DNA of 64,000 nt from an uncultured Verrucomicrobiae bacterium. GTDB lineage: Bacteria > Verrucomicrobiota > Verrucomicrobiia > Limisphaerales > J093. Positions 9,425 through 18,261 of this stretch are shown here, piece by piece (within the stretch, counting starts at the first letter, position 1; every line of letters begins with the position of its first letter). The position numbers were made by a program, and so were the translations under genes. The notes under the pieces were generated by a model that was given only the letters and a program-made list of their open reading frames with translations, was not told where the DNA came from and did no database searches. Location of the stretch: NCBI GenBank assembly GCA_963846445.1, contig CAWJWM010000014.1, positions 21,304-85,303 on the forward strand, written 5' to 3'.

Positions 9425-10826
9425 ATGTCCAGTCGCGTCCTGCTCATCAGCGCCAACTGCTACACCGAGCCGTATGCCGTGTTCCCGCTGGGCTTGGCGC
9501 AGATCAACGCCGCCCTGCGCGCAGCCGGGACACCCGACGCGCTGGGTGGATTGCCTGGCAGACGCCGACCCGATCGAGCGGACGATCGACGAGTTCCAGC
9601 CGGACTTCGTGGGGGTCTCCCTGCGCAACATCGACGATGTCGCGTTTAAGAAGCGCGAGACGTTCTATGGCGCGCTCTTCGACTTGTGCGCGCGCATCCG
9701 CCAGCGCAGCACCGCGCGGATCATCGTGGGCGGGAGCGGTTTCTCGATTTTCCCGGAACGCCTACTCGAACGAAGTGGCGCGGACTTCGGCATTCAGGGC
9801 GAAGGCGAAGCCGGGCTGCTGGCGCTCCTCGCAGCCCTCGAAACCGGGAGCGATCACCGCGCCATTCCCGGCCTGGTCTATCGCGAAAACGGCCGGATCC
9901 GCCGCAATGCGCAGCGGCCCGATCGACTCGACCGCCCTGTTTTGGCCGAGGACCGGCCGGATCGGTTGGTGGACTTCTACCTCGCGCGCAGCCTCATGCT
10001 GAATGTGCAGACCCAACGCGGCTGCGCGCTCGAATGCTGCTACTGCGCCTACCCACTGATCGAGGGGAACCGGCACCGCCGCCGCCCGCCCGAACTCGTC
10101 GCCGACGAATTGGCCCAGCTCGCGGCTCGGGGCGCGCGCTATGTCTTCGTGGTGGACTCGGTGTTCAACTCCTCGCCCACGCACGTCGTCGAGACGTGTG
10201 AAGCCATCCTCGAGCGCGGCGTGAGAATCAAGTGGGGCTGTTTCCTCCGACCGCAAGGGCTCACTGCCGAACTGATGGCCGTCATGGCCCGCGCCGGCCT
10301 GACGCATATCGAGTTCGGTTCCGACAGCTTTTCGGATCCGGTGCTCGAAGCCTACCACAAGAACCTCGATTTCGACGATATCCGGCACTCAGCCCAACTG
10401 GCGTCGGATGCGAAGGTGGATCATTGCCATTTCCTGATTCTGGGCGGGCCGGGAGAGACTCGAGAGACACTGGGCGAAACCCTGGCCAATTCACGCCGGC
10501 TGCCGCGCGCCGTGATGCTGCCGATTGTGGGCATGCGCGTCTATCCGGGCACCTTGTTGCATGCGCGAGCCCTGGCCGAAGGCGCCATCACCCCGGACAC
10601 CGACCTGCTCGAGCCTTACCATTACATCGCCTCTGGACTGAGCGAGGCGTGGATTTTAGGGCGGCTGGCGGACTTCGCGAAGACCGACCCGACCTGGATC
10701 ATCGGCGAACCGCCACCGTCGTTTCTGCACCTCGTCGAGCGCCTGCGCCAGCGCGGCGTGGTCGGCCCGCTCTGGACCTATTTCGACATGCTCCAGCGGC
10801 TGCCCAACATGGGGGTCAAACCATAG
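9425..10826 (+). pseudogene. B12-binding-domain radical SAM enzyme; one apparent +1 frameshift near 9530
   Basis: The N-terminus MSSRVLLISANCYTEPYAVFPLGLAQINAALRAAG (frame 2) continues as HPTRWVDCLADADPIE...(frame 0). CxxxCxxC cluster motif GCALECCYCAY. Confidence 0.85.
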
Positions 10827-10828
10827 TA

Positions 10829-10917
10829 AGCGAGGCGTCGACTTCCGGTTGCCATGGCAACAGCCCAGCGCAAACGAACGGGTGACATACCTCGTCGGTC
10901 TGAGGCGGAGCCTCGCT
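10829..10917 (-). repeat. module F (89 nt)
   Basis: Its reverse complement aligns with 7555-7643. It starts 3 nt after the stop TAG 10824-10826. Confidence 0.8.
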
Positions 10918-10949
10918 CAATAGAATTTCCTGCTCAATAGAATTTCCTT
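10916..10949 (+). repeat. 2 x 17-nt tandem duplication CTCAATAGAATTTCCTK
   Basis: Read directly from the sequence. Confidence 0.85.
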
Positions 10950-11156
10950 GCCAAGCAGAGTGCGATCCCGAAATTCCTGGCGCGTCAAACCATGAGACGA
11001 CCAAGCCCAGCCCTATTCAGCACATTGATTCTCGTGCAGAAAGGAGCCGACGCGTCGCCGACAGACGCCGCAGCGCGCCAGCAACTCGGCATTGGCGGAC
11101 ACCACACCACGGCGGTGGTGGTCAAGTGGAAGTAGAGCGTCGTTCAACACCGAGCC

Positions 11157-12396
11157 GTGCTCTTCCCTCCCCTGTCTCGTGCAGCCCCGCAGCGCGTTGT
11201 CGTCACGGGCGCCGGCATCGTCACCGCGCTTGGCGTTGGCTGGCGCGCGAACGCGGACGGCTTTCGCGCGGGGCGGCGGGCGTTTCGTCCGGTGACGCTG
11301 CTTCGATGTCACCCGGCAGAGAGCCAAGGAGGCCGGCGAGGTGGATCTTCCGGACAGGCTGCCCGACACCCGCCTGAGCGCCCGGACGATGCGGCGACTG
11401 TACCGTGCCAGCCGGCAACTGCTCTGGGCGTCCGCCGAGGCCTGGCGCCAGGCCGGCTGGGAGCCCGGAAGCAATCTGCCGCTGGTGCTGGGCACAACCG
11501 GATGCGGAACCGAATGCGGCGAGCAGTACTACCGGGTTGCCCTCGAGTCGGGTTGCGCCCGGCGGGGCCAACCCACCCGGTCACTGTGCCATCAGGGCCA
11601 ACGTCAGGCACTCGATGTGGCCGAGGCCTTCGGGTTTGAAGGGCCGGTCACGATGATCGCCAACGCCTGCGCGTCCGGATCGAATGCCATCGGCCACGCC
11701 TGGGAACTCGTCCTCACCGGGCGCGCTGAGCGCGTCCTCGCCGGCGGCTACGATGCGTTGAGCCAATTGGCCTTCGCCGGCTTCGACTCGTTGCAGGCGC
11801 TTTCGACCACTCGATGCCGCCCGTTCGATGCCGGGCGGGACGGCCTTGCGCTCGGCGAGGGCGCTGCCCTCCTGGCCCTCGAATCCCTCGACCACGCCCG
11901 CCGGCGCGGCGCGGAAATCCTGGGCGAAATCATCGGCTACGGCGCCGCGACCGACTGCCATCACCTCGCCCAGCCCCACCCGGAAGGCCACGCCGCGCTG
12001 CAATCCATGCAGGAGGCCTGCGCGCGCGCCGGCGTGACGCCCGAAAGGGTCGGTTACGTCAATGCCCACGGCACGGGCACGTTGTTGAACGATGCCGCCG
12101 AGGCGCTGGCCATCAATCGCTGGGCCGGGGTCCGCGCTGCGGATCTCGATGTGAGTTCGACCAAGGGATCCGTGGGCCATCTCTTGGGCGCGTCCGGCGC
12201 AGTCGAAGCCGTCGTCTGCCTCATGGTGCTGCGCGAGCACTGGCTGCCGCCCGAGCCGTACGTCGAGGCCCCTGATCCGGCCTGCGCCTTCCCTTTGGTG
12301 CGCGGATCGCGCGACGCCCGCGTCGAGATCGCTCTGTCGAACTCGTTCGGGTTCGGCGGGGCCAACGCCACACTCCTGTTCCGGAGGTGGCCATGA
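11157..12396 (+). pseudogene. beta-ketoacyl-ACP synthase (KAS I/II-like); one apparent +1 frameshift near 11301
   Basis: RVVVTGAGIVTALG (frame 0), then FDVTRQRAKEAGEV..., ANACASGSNA (active-site Cys), HLAQPHPEG, NAHGTGT, GHLLGASG (frame 1). Confidence 0.85.
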
Positions 12397-13421
12397 TCCG
12401 TGTTTTCGTGCGAGGTGCCGGAGCGGTATCACCGGCAGGCTGGGGTGTCGAACCGCTGCTCGCCGCGTTGCGCGCAGGAGCCCCAATCGCTTCTCATGAG
12501 CTGCGCGCGCCCTCGGGCGACCGCCGCTTCCCAGCCCGGCTTGTTCCGGCGCCGGCGCCGCGTCCGGCCTGGCTGGCGCATCCGCGCCTGCGACGGGCGA
12601 GCGGCGTTTCGCAGTTTGCACTCTCTGCCGCACTCGAAGCACTCGGGCCTTGGCCGGGGAGCGCCCCGAAGGAAACGCGCCTGGGCATTGTCACCGGCAC
12701 TCACACCGCCTCGATCCGCTACTCGGAGCGCTTCTTCGGCGAGGTTCTGCAGAATCCGGCGACTGCGAGCCCGATGCTTTTTCCGGAGACAGTGATGAAC
12801 GCCCCCGCCAGCCACATAGCGGCGTTCCTGGGTTGTTCAGGTCTTTGTTACAGCCTGGTCGCCGATCAAACGGCCTTTGTCCAGGCGGTGCTCGTCGGCT
12901 GCCAATGGCTGGGCGATGACCGGGTCGACGCCTGCCTGGTTGTTGGCATGGACGAAGCCGCGTGGCCCCTGGCGGATGCGCTTGGGCACTTTGCGCCCGG
13001 TCTCGCTTCGAGCGAGGGCGCCGGGGCGCTGCTGCTCACGCGCCAGCCCGACACCCCACCCGCAGTCGAGCTGAAATGCATCACCGACGCCCACCTCTAT
13101 GCGGCGGCTGCAACGAGGGAGCCCGCTGCGCGCGCGATGCGCAGCCAGTTGCCCGCCGAAAGCCCCGGTGAGTTGCTGGTGGATTCGCGGTGCGGAGCGG
13201 CCCGCCCGGACCGCGCGGAGAGACTCGCCTGGGCCGGCTGGCACGGCGCCGTCGTCTCGCCCCGTTCGGTGCTCGGCGAGGGGCTGTGCGCCGCAACCGC
13301 CTGGCAATTCGTGGTCGCCCGCGCCTTGTTAATGGATGGCTCGGCGCGTGCAGCGAACATCAGCGTCGTCGGCTCCAACCTCCAGGCCGTCGGCGCCCGG
13401 TTCGAGCTGGCTGAGGAGTGA
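12387..13421 (+). CDS. beta-ketoacyl synthase-like protein lacking the catalytic cysteine (chain-length-factor-like partner)
   Basis: KS-fold length and pattern. The position equivalent to the ACAS active site reads LVADQTA. Overlaps the upstream KS by 10 nt. Confidence 0.7.
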   Translation: MAMIRVFVRGAGAVSPAGWGVEPLLAALRAGAPIASHELRAPSGDRRFPARLVPAPAPRPAWLAHPRLRRASGVSQFALSAALEALGPWPGSAPKETRLGIVTGTHTASIRYSERFFGEVLQNPATASPMLFPETVMNAPASHIAAFLGCSGLCYSLVADQTAFVQAVLVGCQWLGDDRVDACLVVGMDEAAWPLADALGHFAPGLASSEGAGALLLTRQPDTPPAVELKCITDAHLYAAAATREPAARAMRSQLPAESPGELLVDSRCGAARPDRAERLAWAGWHGAVVSPRSVLGEGLCAATAWQFVVARALLMDGSARAANISVVGSNLQAVGARFELAEE

Positions 13422-13469
13422 CAACACGCACCCTCCCGTGGCCCTGGCTCGGCCGCCTGCGGTTTTCTG

Positions 13470-13602
13470 GTGCATCTGGTTGTTGTCGGTGTTCTGTCGC
13501 CCGGTGAGGGCACCGGGCCTACAACGGATGGAGATTGCCGGTGTAGGCCGCGTGCCCCCACGCGGCGCATACTCGATTCCCACCGACAACCTCCAGATGC
13601 AC
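13470..13602. repeat. 133-nt element closed by a 22-nt imperfect inverted repeat and containing a module G copy (13500-13569)
   Basis: GTGCATCTGGTTGTTGTCGGTG (13470-13491) pairs with CACCGACAACCTCCAGATGCAC (13581-13602). Lies between the CLF-like and ACP genes. Confidence 0.7.
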
Positions 13603-13691
13603 TGGCGGTTTTTTGGCTGCGGTTTCCAGCTTGTTGCGGGGCTGTCCATGCCACAGACTCGATGCCCGAAACTGACGGCTGCACTTTCCAA

Positions 13692-13991
13692 ATGGAACCG
13701 ACAGACGCGCTCAAGGCAGAAATCAAGCAACTCCTCGTTGCCAATCTCATGCTGCAGGTGTCCGAGGACCAGATCGGCGACGATACCCCGCTGTTCGGCT
13801 CCGGGAGTCTGGGGCTCGACTCCGTAGACGCCCTGCAAATCGTGGTCGCGCTCGACAAGCAGTACGGCTTGAAAATCTCCGACCCGGGCGCCGCCAAGCA
13901 GGTGCTCGAAAGCGTTTCGGCGATCGCGACCGCCGTCCGCAAACACCAGGAGCAACAGACCGGTCCGGACACGGACGAGGCGGAATCCTGA
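13692..13991 (+). CDS. acyl carrier protein
   Basis: About 99 aa with the phosphopantetheine-site motif LGLDSVDALQIV. Confidence 0.85.
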   Translation: MEPTDALKAEIKQLLVANLMLQVSEDQIGDDTPLFGSGSLGLDSVDALQIVVALDKQYGLKISDPGAAKQVLESVSAIATAVRKHQEQQTGPDTDEAES

Positions 13992-14000
13992 GAAGCGATG

Positions 14001-14056
14001 AGCGAGGCTGCGCCTCGAACCAGCGAGGCGTGTTGCCAGATCGTTCGCGAGGGTCT
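14001..14056 (+). repeat. module F' (short F variant)
   Basis: AGCGAGGCTGCGCCTCGAACCAGCGAGGCGTGTTGCCAGATCGTTCGCGAGGGTC. The reverse complement of 63560-63618 is nearly the same. Confidence 0.75.
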
Positions 14057-14155
14057 TTCGTCTAAGAAAGAGACCGGTCGCGTGTCTTGATAGGTGAAGC
14101 TTGCGGCAGCAGAGGGAGCGAAACGAAAGCGGCGACGCGGTGATCTAACCAACGA

Positions 14156-14722
14156 ATGGCGACCGTGCGATCAGACCCAGCGGGGGCCGCGTCCCCGAAG
14201 CCCGAGTCCGTCGAAGACCTGTTTGAGGCGCTTGAATCGCCGCTCTTGGGTTATGCCCTCCGGCTCCTGCCCGATGCCGACGCGGCCGAAGATGTTGTCC
14301 AGGAAGCATTCATGCGCTTGCATACCCATTTTGCCGAGGTGCGCGAACCCCGGAGTTGGCTTTACCGGACCACCCATAACCTCGCGCTCAACCACCAACG
14401 CAGGGCGAAGAAGATCGTCCCGCTCGACTCGAGTGGAAATCGCGCCGGAGACGGACCAGACCCAACAAACGACCCGCCCGATCCGCAGCCGCTTCCGGAC
14501 GAACAGACCGCCCGGTGGGAAGGGATCGGTTTGGTGCGTGTGGGGTTGGCGGCCCTCGACACACGCGCGCGCGAACTGGTCGAACTCAAGTTCCACGAGG
14601 ACCTCTCTTACAAGGAAATCAGCGCCCGCACCGGCCTGTCCGTCAGCAATGTCGGGTATATCCTCCATCACGCACTGAAATCTCTCGCCGCCGAGCTCGC
14701 CAAAGCCGGCCTTGTCCCATGA
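14156..14722 (+). CDS. ECF-type RNA polymerase sigma-70 family factor
   Basis: Region 2 (DVVQEAFMRLHTHF, WLYRTTHNLALNHQRR) and region 4 (ELKFHEDLSYKEISARTGLSVSNVGYILHHALKSL). Confidence 0.9.
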   Translation: MATVRSDPAGAASPKPESVEDLFEALESPLLGYALRLLPDADAAEDVVQEAFMRLHTHFAEVREPRSWLYRTTHNLALNHQRRAKKIVPLDSSGNRAGDGPDPTNDPPDPQPLPDEQTARWEGIGLVRVGLAALDTRARELVELKFHEDLSYKEISARTGLSVSNVGYILHHALKSLAAELAKAGLVP

Positions 14723-17700
14723 ACCCAAACAAGCCTTCACCGCCGCCGGACGACTTCGAGTCGAAGATCACGGCGTTGTTGCTGGGCGAATTGGCGCCCG
14801 CCGACGCCCGCGCGGTCGAGCGGTCGATCGCTGCCGACCCGGCCCTGGCCGCGCTGCGGGATCGTCTCCAGAACACAATGTCGTTCGTTCGCGATGCCGT
14901 GACGCAGCCGGTCGGGTCCGCCGCTGCAGGCGCGGTGCAGCCGCGGTTGTCGGACAAACGGCGCGAAGACTTGACGCGCCAATTCAAGCTCGTCGCCCGC
15001 CCGGAACGGTCAGCGTGGGAACGCCGCTGGCTGGCGTGGTTGGTGCCCATGACCGCCGCGGCGGCGCTGGTCGTCATCGCAGCCCTTTTTCTCCCCGCCT
15101 TCGGCAAGGCGAAGAGCAAGAGCCAATCGGTCGCCTATCGACGACCAGGCACGCCCGCTCCTCGCCTCATCACGCGTCTGGGCGTCGAGGTTCCCAGCCC
15201 GGCGCCCAACGCCGAGTCTCTCGAGAGGATCAAAACGCTGCCAGCCCTGCAGACGCGGCTTGCGCGAGGCCACGCGGTGCGCCCAGCCGACGAGCCTGAC
15301 CGCGGCGCGACTGAGGCCAAAGTCCGCGAGTTGTACGATCAAACGGACGGCGACGCCACCGCTGCTCCCATCGATCCGACAACCGGGCTGCCTGTTGTCG
15401 CAGAGTCGGCAGTTGCGCCCGAAGCGGAGTGGGTCCGGATGGAAACGGCTCAACCCGCGCCGACGTCAAGTCGGGAGGGAGTCGAGACGGCGGCCAAGGC
15501 GGGATCAGGCGAGGTTGAGTCGGCCCGGCCCATGACCGATATTCGGATGTTGATGCGCTATGGGCTTCTGCCCAAGGGGCTGAAACTCGTCGAAGAAGCG
15601 GGTGAGTCGGCTGGGGCCACCATCGCGGCTAAGTTCGCCGAGGGGCCGCAGGCGGATGCGAGCAGCCTTGCCGAGAACGCCCCCGCGCAACGACAGCCCC
15701 TGGCGAAGGCGGCAACACCGCCCGCACCCGCCCAGAGTGAACTCGCCCCGCTGCCGCTCGAATTGCCGCTCCCGGCCTTCATGGGCACGCCGACTGACTT
15801 GGCATTCGCGGATGGCGCCCCCAAAGACAAGGCCAAGGCGCCCGAGTCCGCGGGCGTGGGGGAGTTGGCACAAGCGACATCCTGGGGGGAGACAGCCCCA
15901 GGCTTCCCAGGAGTCCGGGAGGATTATTGGTTCTTCGACGCAGAAGCGGCAGGCGGCGTGCAGGTTCATCGCACCGACTCGAGTGGGATGGGAGGGATGG
16001 GAGGGATGGGAGGTGGCGGGATGATGGGCGGAATGGCAGGTGCCGGCGGCGGGGGCGGGTTGGGTGGATTTGGCGGTATGCAAGCCGCTGGTGATCGGAG
16101 TGCGGGGGACTTCGATCTCGGCCAGCAGGTCAAGACCGACCAGCGTGCCGATCCCGCCAAGGATCTCTTCTCCACAATCCGGGCTAAGACCGGTGACTCG
16201 GATTCGGCTGGTCGTCCCGCCAGGCGGGCCGCGGCCCCTGTCTCGGCTCCGGCCACACCGGTGCCGACAACTCCCGTCCCACCCCCCTCGAACGCGCCGC
16301 CGCCGCCCTCATCGGACACCAGGGCGAGCACGGAGCGTTCCGCCGCGGGCTACTATGCATACGGGCTTTCCGCACAGAAAGGCGTCACTGAATTGGCCAA
16401 GGTGCCGGTGCTGGGCGACGTCCCGTTGATCGGCGCCGAGTTCAGATCCTCCACGGTTGAACCCGAGTCCCTGGGGCGTCCCACCAGGGCGCTGGCGAAC
16501 GAGCCAGAAGCCGTCGGCGCACTCGCACCCAGCGCCGGCAAACCCACCGATTCGAGCGTTCGCCGCTTGACCGTGGCCAGGGGCGAACAACGCGGTCGGG
16601 CCCGGGGTTTGGAGCCGCAGCCCTCGGCGACGGAACGCCAGATGGCCGACGAGGATGGGGCGCTTGACCGACTCGGCGAGTCCGAAGGCACACTGCGTGA
16701 TGGCCGACTCGATGTTCTGGCCGTCAACGGTGTCCAGGAGGGCGCCGCGGTGGACGCGCAGGCCGTCACGACGTTTGACGCAACCGCGGCGGCATCCGGC
16801 CTGATCACCAACGCGATGGGGTCTTTCGGGGCGGTCACGTTCGCTGCGCAGGAGGAGGTTACGAACCGCAAAGAAAAGGTCGCCAGTCGACCGGCTGCGC
16901 CGCCGCCCGAGCCACAGCCCGAAGTGGCAACCGCCAGCAATCCGTTCTCGACCTTCTCGCTGAACGTGACCGATGTGTCATTCAAGCTGGCGGGCGCCAG
17001 CCTCGAGCAAGGGGCGCTTCCGGACGCCTCGCGCATCCGCAGTGAGGAGTTCCTCAACGCCTTCGATTACCGCGATCCGGAGCCGGTGCGAGGCGCCCCC
17101 GTCGCGTTCGCTTGGGAGCGGGCCCGCTACCCTTTCGCCCACAATCGCGAGGCGATTCGTTTTTCGGTGCAGACCGCCGCGCGCGGGCGTTCGGCCCTGC
17201 GCCCGCTCAATCTCGTGCTGCTGCTCGACAGCTCGGGCTCGATGGAACGGGCCGATCGCGTCGGCATCGTCCGCGAAGCGCTGACGGTGCTGGCTGCGCA
17301 ACTCAAACCCCAGGACCGCATCAGCGTCGTCGCCTTCGCCCGCACAGCGCGGCTTTGGGTGGATGGCGTGCCGGGCAACCAGGCCAACGAGGTGCTCGAG
17401 CGGATCAGCCAGCTCACGCCCGAAGGCGGCACCAACCTCGAAGACGCATTGAAGGTTGCCTACGAAACGGCAGCGCGCCATTTCGTCAGCCACGGCGTGA
17501 ACCGGGTGGTGCTGCTCACCGACGGCGCCGCCAACCTGGGCGATGTCGATCCCGAATCCCTGCAGCGGAAAGTCGAGTCATCCCGAAAGCAGGGGATCGC
17601 GCTCGATTGCTTCGGGATTGGCTGGGAAGGGTACAATGACGATCTGCTCGAAGTGCTCTCGAGCCACGGCGACGGACGCTATGGATTCGTGAACAGCCCC

Positions 17701-18246
17701 GAGGAAGCCGCCACCGAGTTGGCGGGGCAATTGGCTGGCGCGCTGCAGGTTGCCGCTGCCGACGTCAAGGTCCAGGTCGAGTTCAATCCGCACCGCGCCA
17801 CCGCCTGGCGCCAGATCGGGTACGCCAAACACCAACTCACCAAGGAACAATTCCGCGACAACACGGTCGATGCCGCCGAGTTGGGCGCTGCCGAATCGGG
17901 CAACGCCGTTTACATCCTCGAAGTCAATCCGCGTGGCCAGGGCGACATCGGCACCGTGCGCGTGCGCTACCGCGAGGCGTCGAGCGGCCTTTATCGCGAG
18001 CACGCCTGGCGGGTGCCCTACACCGGCCCGGCGCCGCTGCTCGAACAGTCCAGCCCGGCCATGCGGTTGGCCGTCAGCGCGGTCGCCTTCGCCGAATGGC
18101 TTGCCTCGAGTCCGTTCGCTGGCGAGGTCACGCCGGACAAACTGCTCGGCACGATGTCCGGCGTGACCGACGCGTTCGGGCCGGACGCCCGCCCGAGACA
18201 ACTCGAAGCCATGATCCGCGCAGCCAACTCGATCAGCGGACAATGA
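14719..18246 (+). CDS. membrane-anchored anti-sigma-like protein with long disordered linker and C-terminal vWA (YfbK-like) module
   Basis: The ATG overlaps the sigma stop (ATGA). Anti-sigma-like N-terminus (ITALLLGELAPADARAVERSIAADPALAA) and one TM (WLAWLVPMTAAAALVVIAALFL). Also SEEFLNAFDYRDPEP, the MIDAS motif LLLDSSGSM, EGGTNLEDAL and VVLLTDGAAN. Confidence 0.8.
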   Translation: MNPNKPSPPPDDFESKITALLLGELAPADARAVERSIAADPALAALRDRLQNTMSFVRDAVTQPVGSAAAGAVQPRLSDKRREDLTRQFKLVARPERSAWERRWLAWLVPMTAAAALVVIAALFLPAFGKAKSKSQSVAYRRPGTPAPRLITRLGVEVPSPAPNAESLERIKTLPALQTRLARGHAVRPADEPDRGATEAKVRELYDQTDGDATAAPIDPTTGLPVVAESAVAPEAEWVRMETAQPAPTSSREGVETAAKAGSGEVESARPMTDIRMLMRYGLLPKGLKLVEEAGESAGATIAAKFAEGPQADASSLAENAPAQRQPLAKAATPPAPAQSELAPLPLELPLPAFMGTPTDLAFADGAPKDKAKAPESAGVGELAQATSWGETAPGFPGVREDYWFFDAEAAGGVQVHRTDSSGMGGMGGMGGGGMMGGMAGAGGGGGLGGFGGMQAAGDRSAGDFDLGQQVKTDQRADPAKDLFSTIRAKTGDSDSAGRPARRAAAPVSAPATPVPTTPVPPPSNAPPPPSSDTRASTERSAAGYYAYGLSAQKGVTELAKVPVLGDVPLIGAEFRSSTVEPESLGRPTRALANEPEAVGALAPSAGKPTDSSVRRLTVARGEQRGRARGLEPQPSATERQMADEDGALDRLGESEGTLRDGRLDVLAVNGVQEGAAVDAQAVTTFDATAAASGLITNAMGSFGAVTFAAQEEVTNRKEKVASRPAAPPPEPQPEVATASNPFSTFSLNVTDVSFKLAGASLEQGALPDASRIRSEEFLNAFDYRDPEPVRGAPVAFAWERARYPFAHNREAIRFSVQTAARGRSALRPLNLVLLLDSSGSMERADRVGIVREALTVLAAQLKPQDRISVVAFARTARLWVDGVPGNQANEVLERISQLTPEGGTNLEDALKVAYETAARHFVSHGVNRVVLLTDGAANLGDVDPESLQRKVESSRKQGIALDCFGIGWEGYNDDLLEVLSSHGDGRYGFVNSPEEAATELAGQLAGALQVAAADVKVQVEFNPHRATAWRQIGYAKHQLTKEQFRDNTVDAAELGAAESGNAVYILEVNPRGQGDIGTVRVRYREASSGLYREHAWRVPYTGPAPLLEQSSPAMRLAVSAVAFAEWLASSPFAGEVTPDKLLGTMSGVTDAFGPDARPRQLEAMIRAANSISGQ

Positions 18247-18261
18247 ACGGAAGGCATAACG

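Noticed and set aside
11013-11110. A short minus-strand ORF ending ..ELLARCGVCRRRVGSFLHENQCAE, as a possible zinc-ribbon micropeptide.
   Set aside because: Only three Cys, no convincing start or RBS, and it belongs to a long Arg-rich artefactual ORF (11013..11495) antisense to the KS upstream region.
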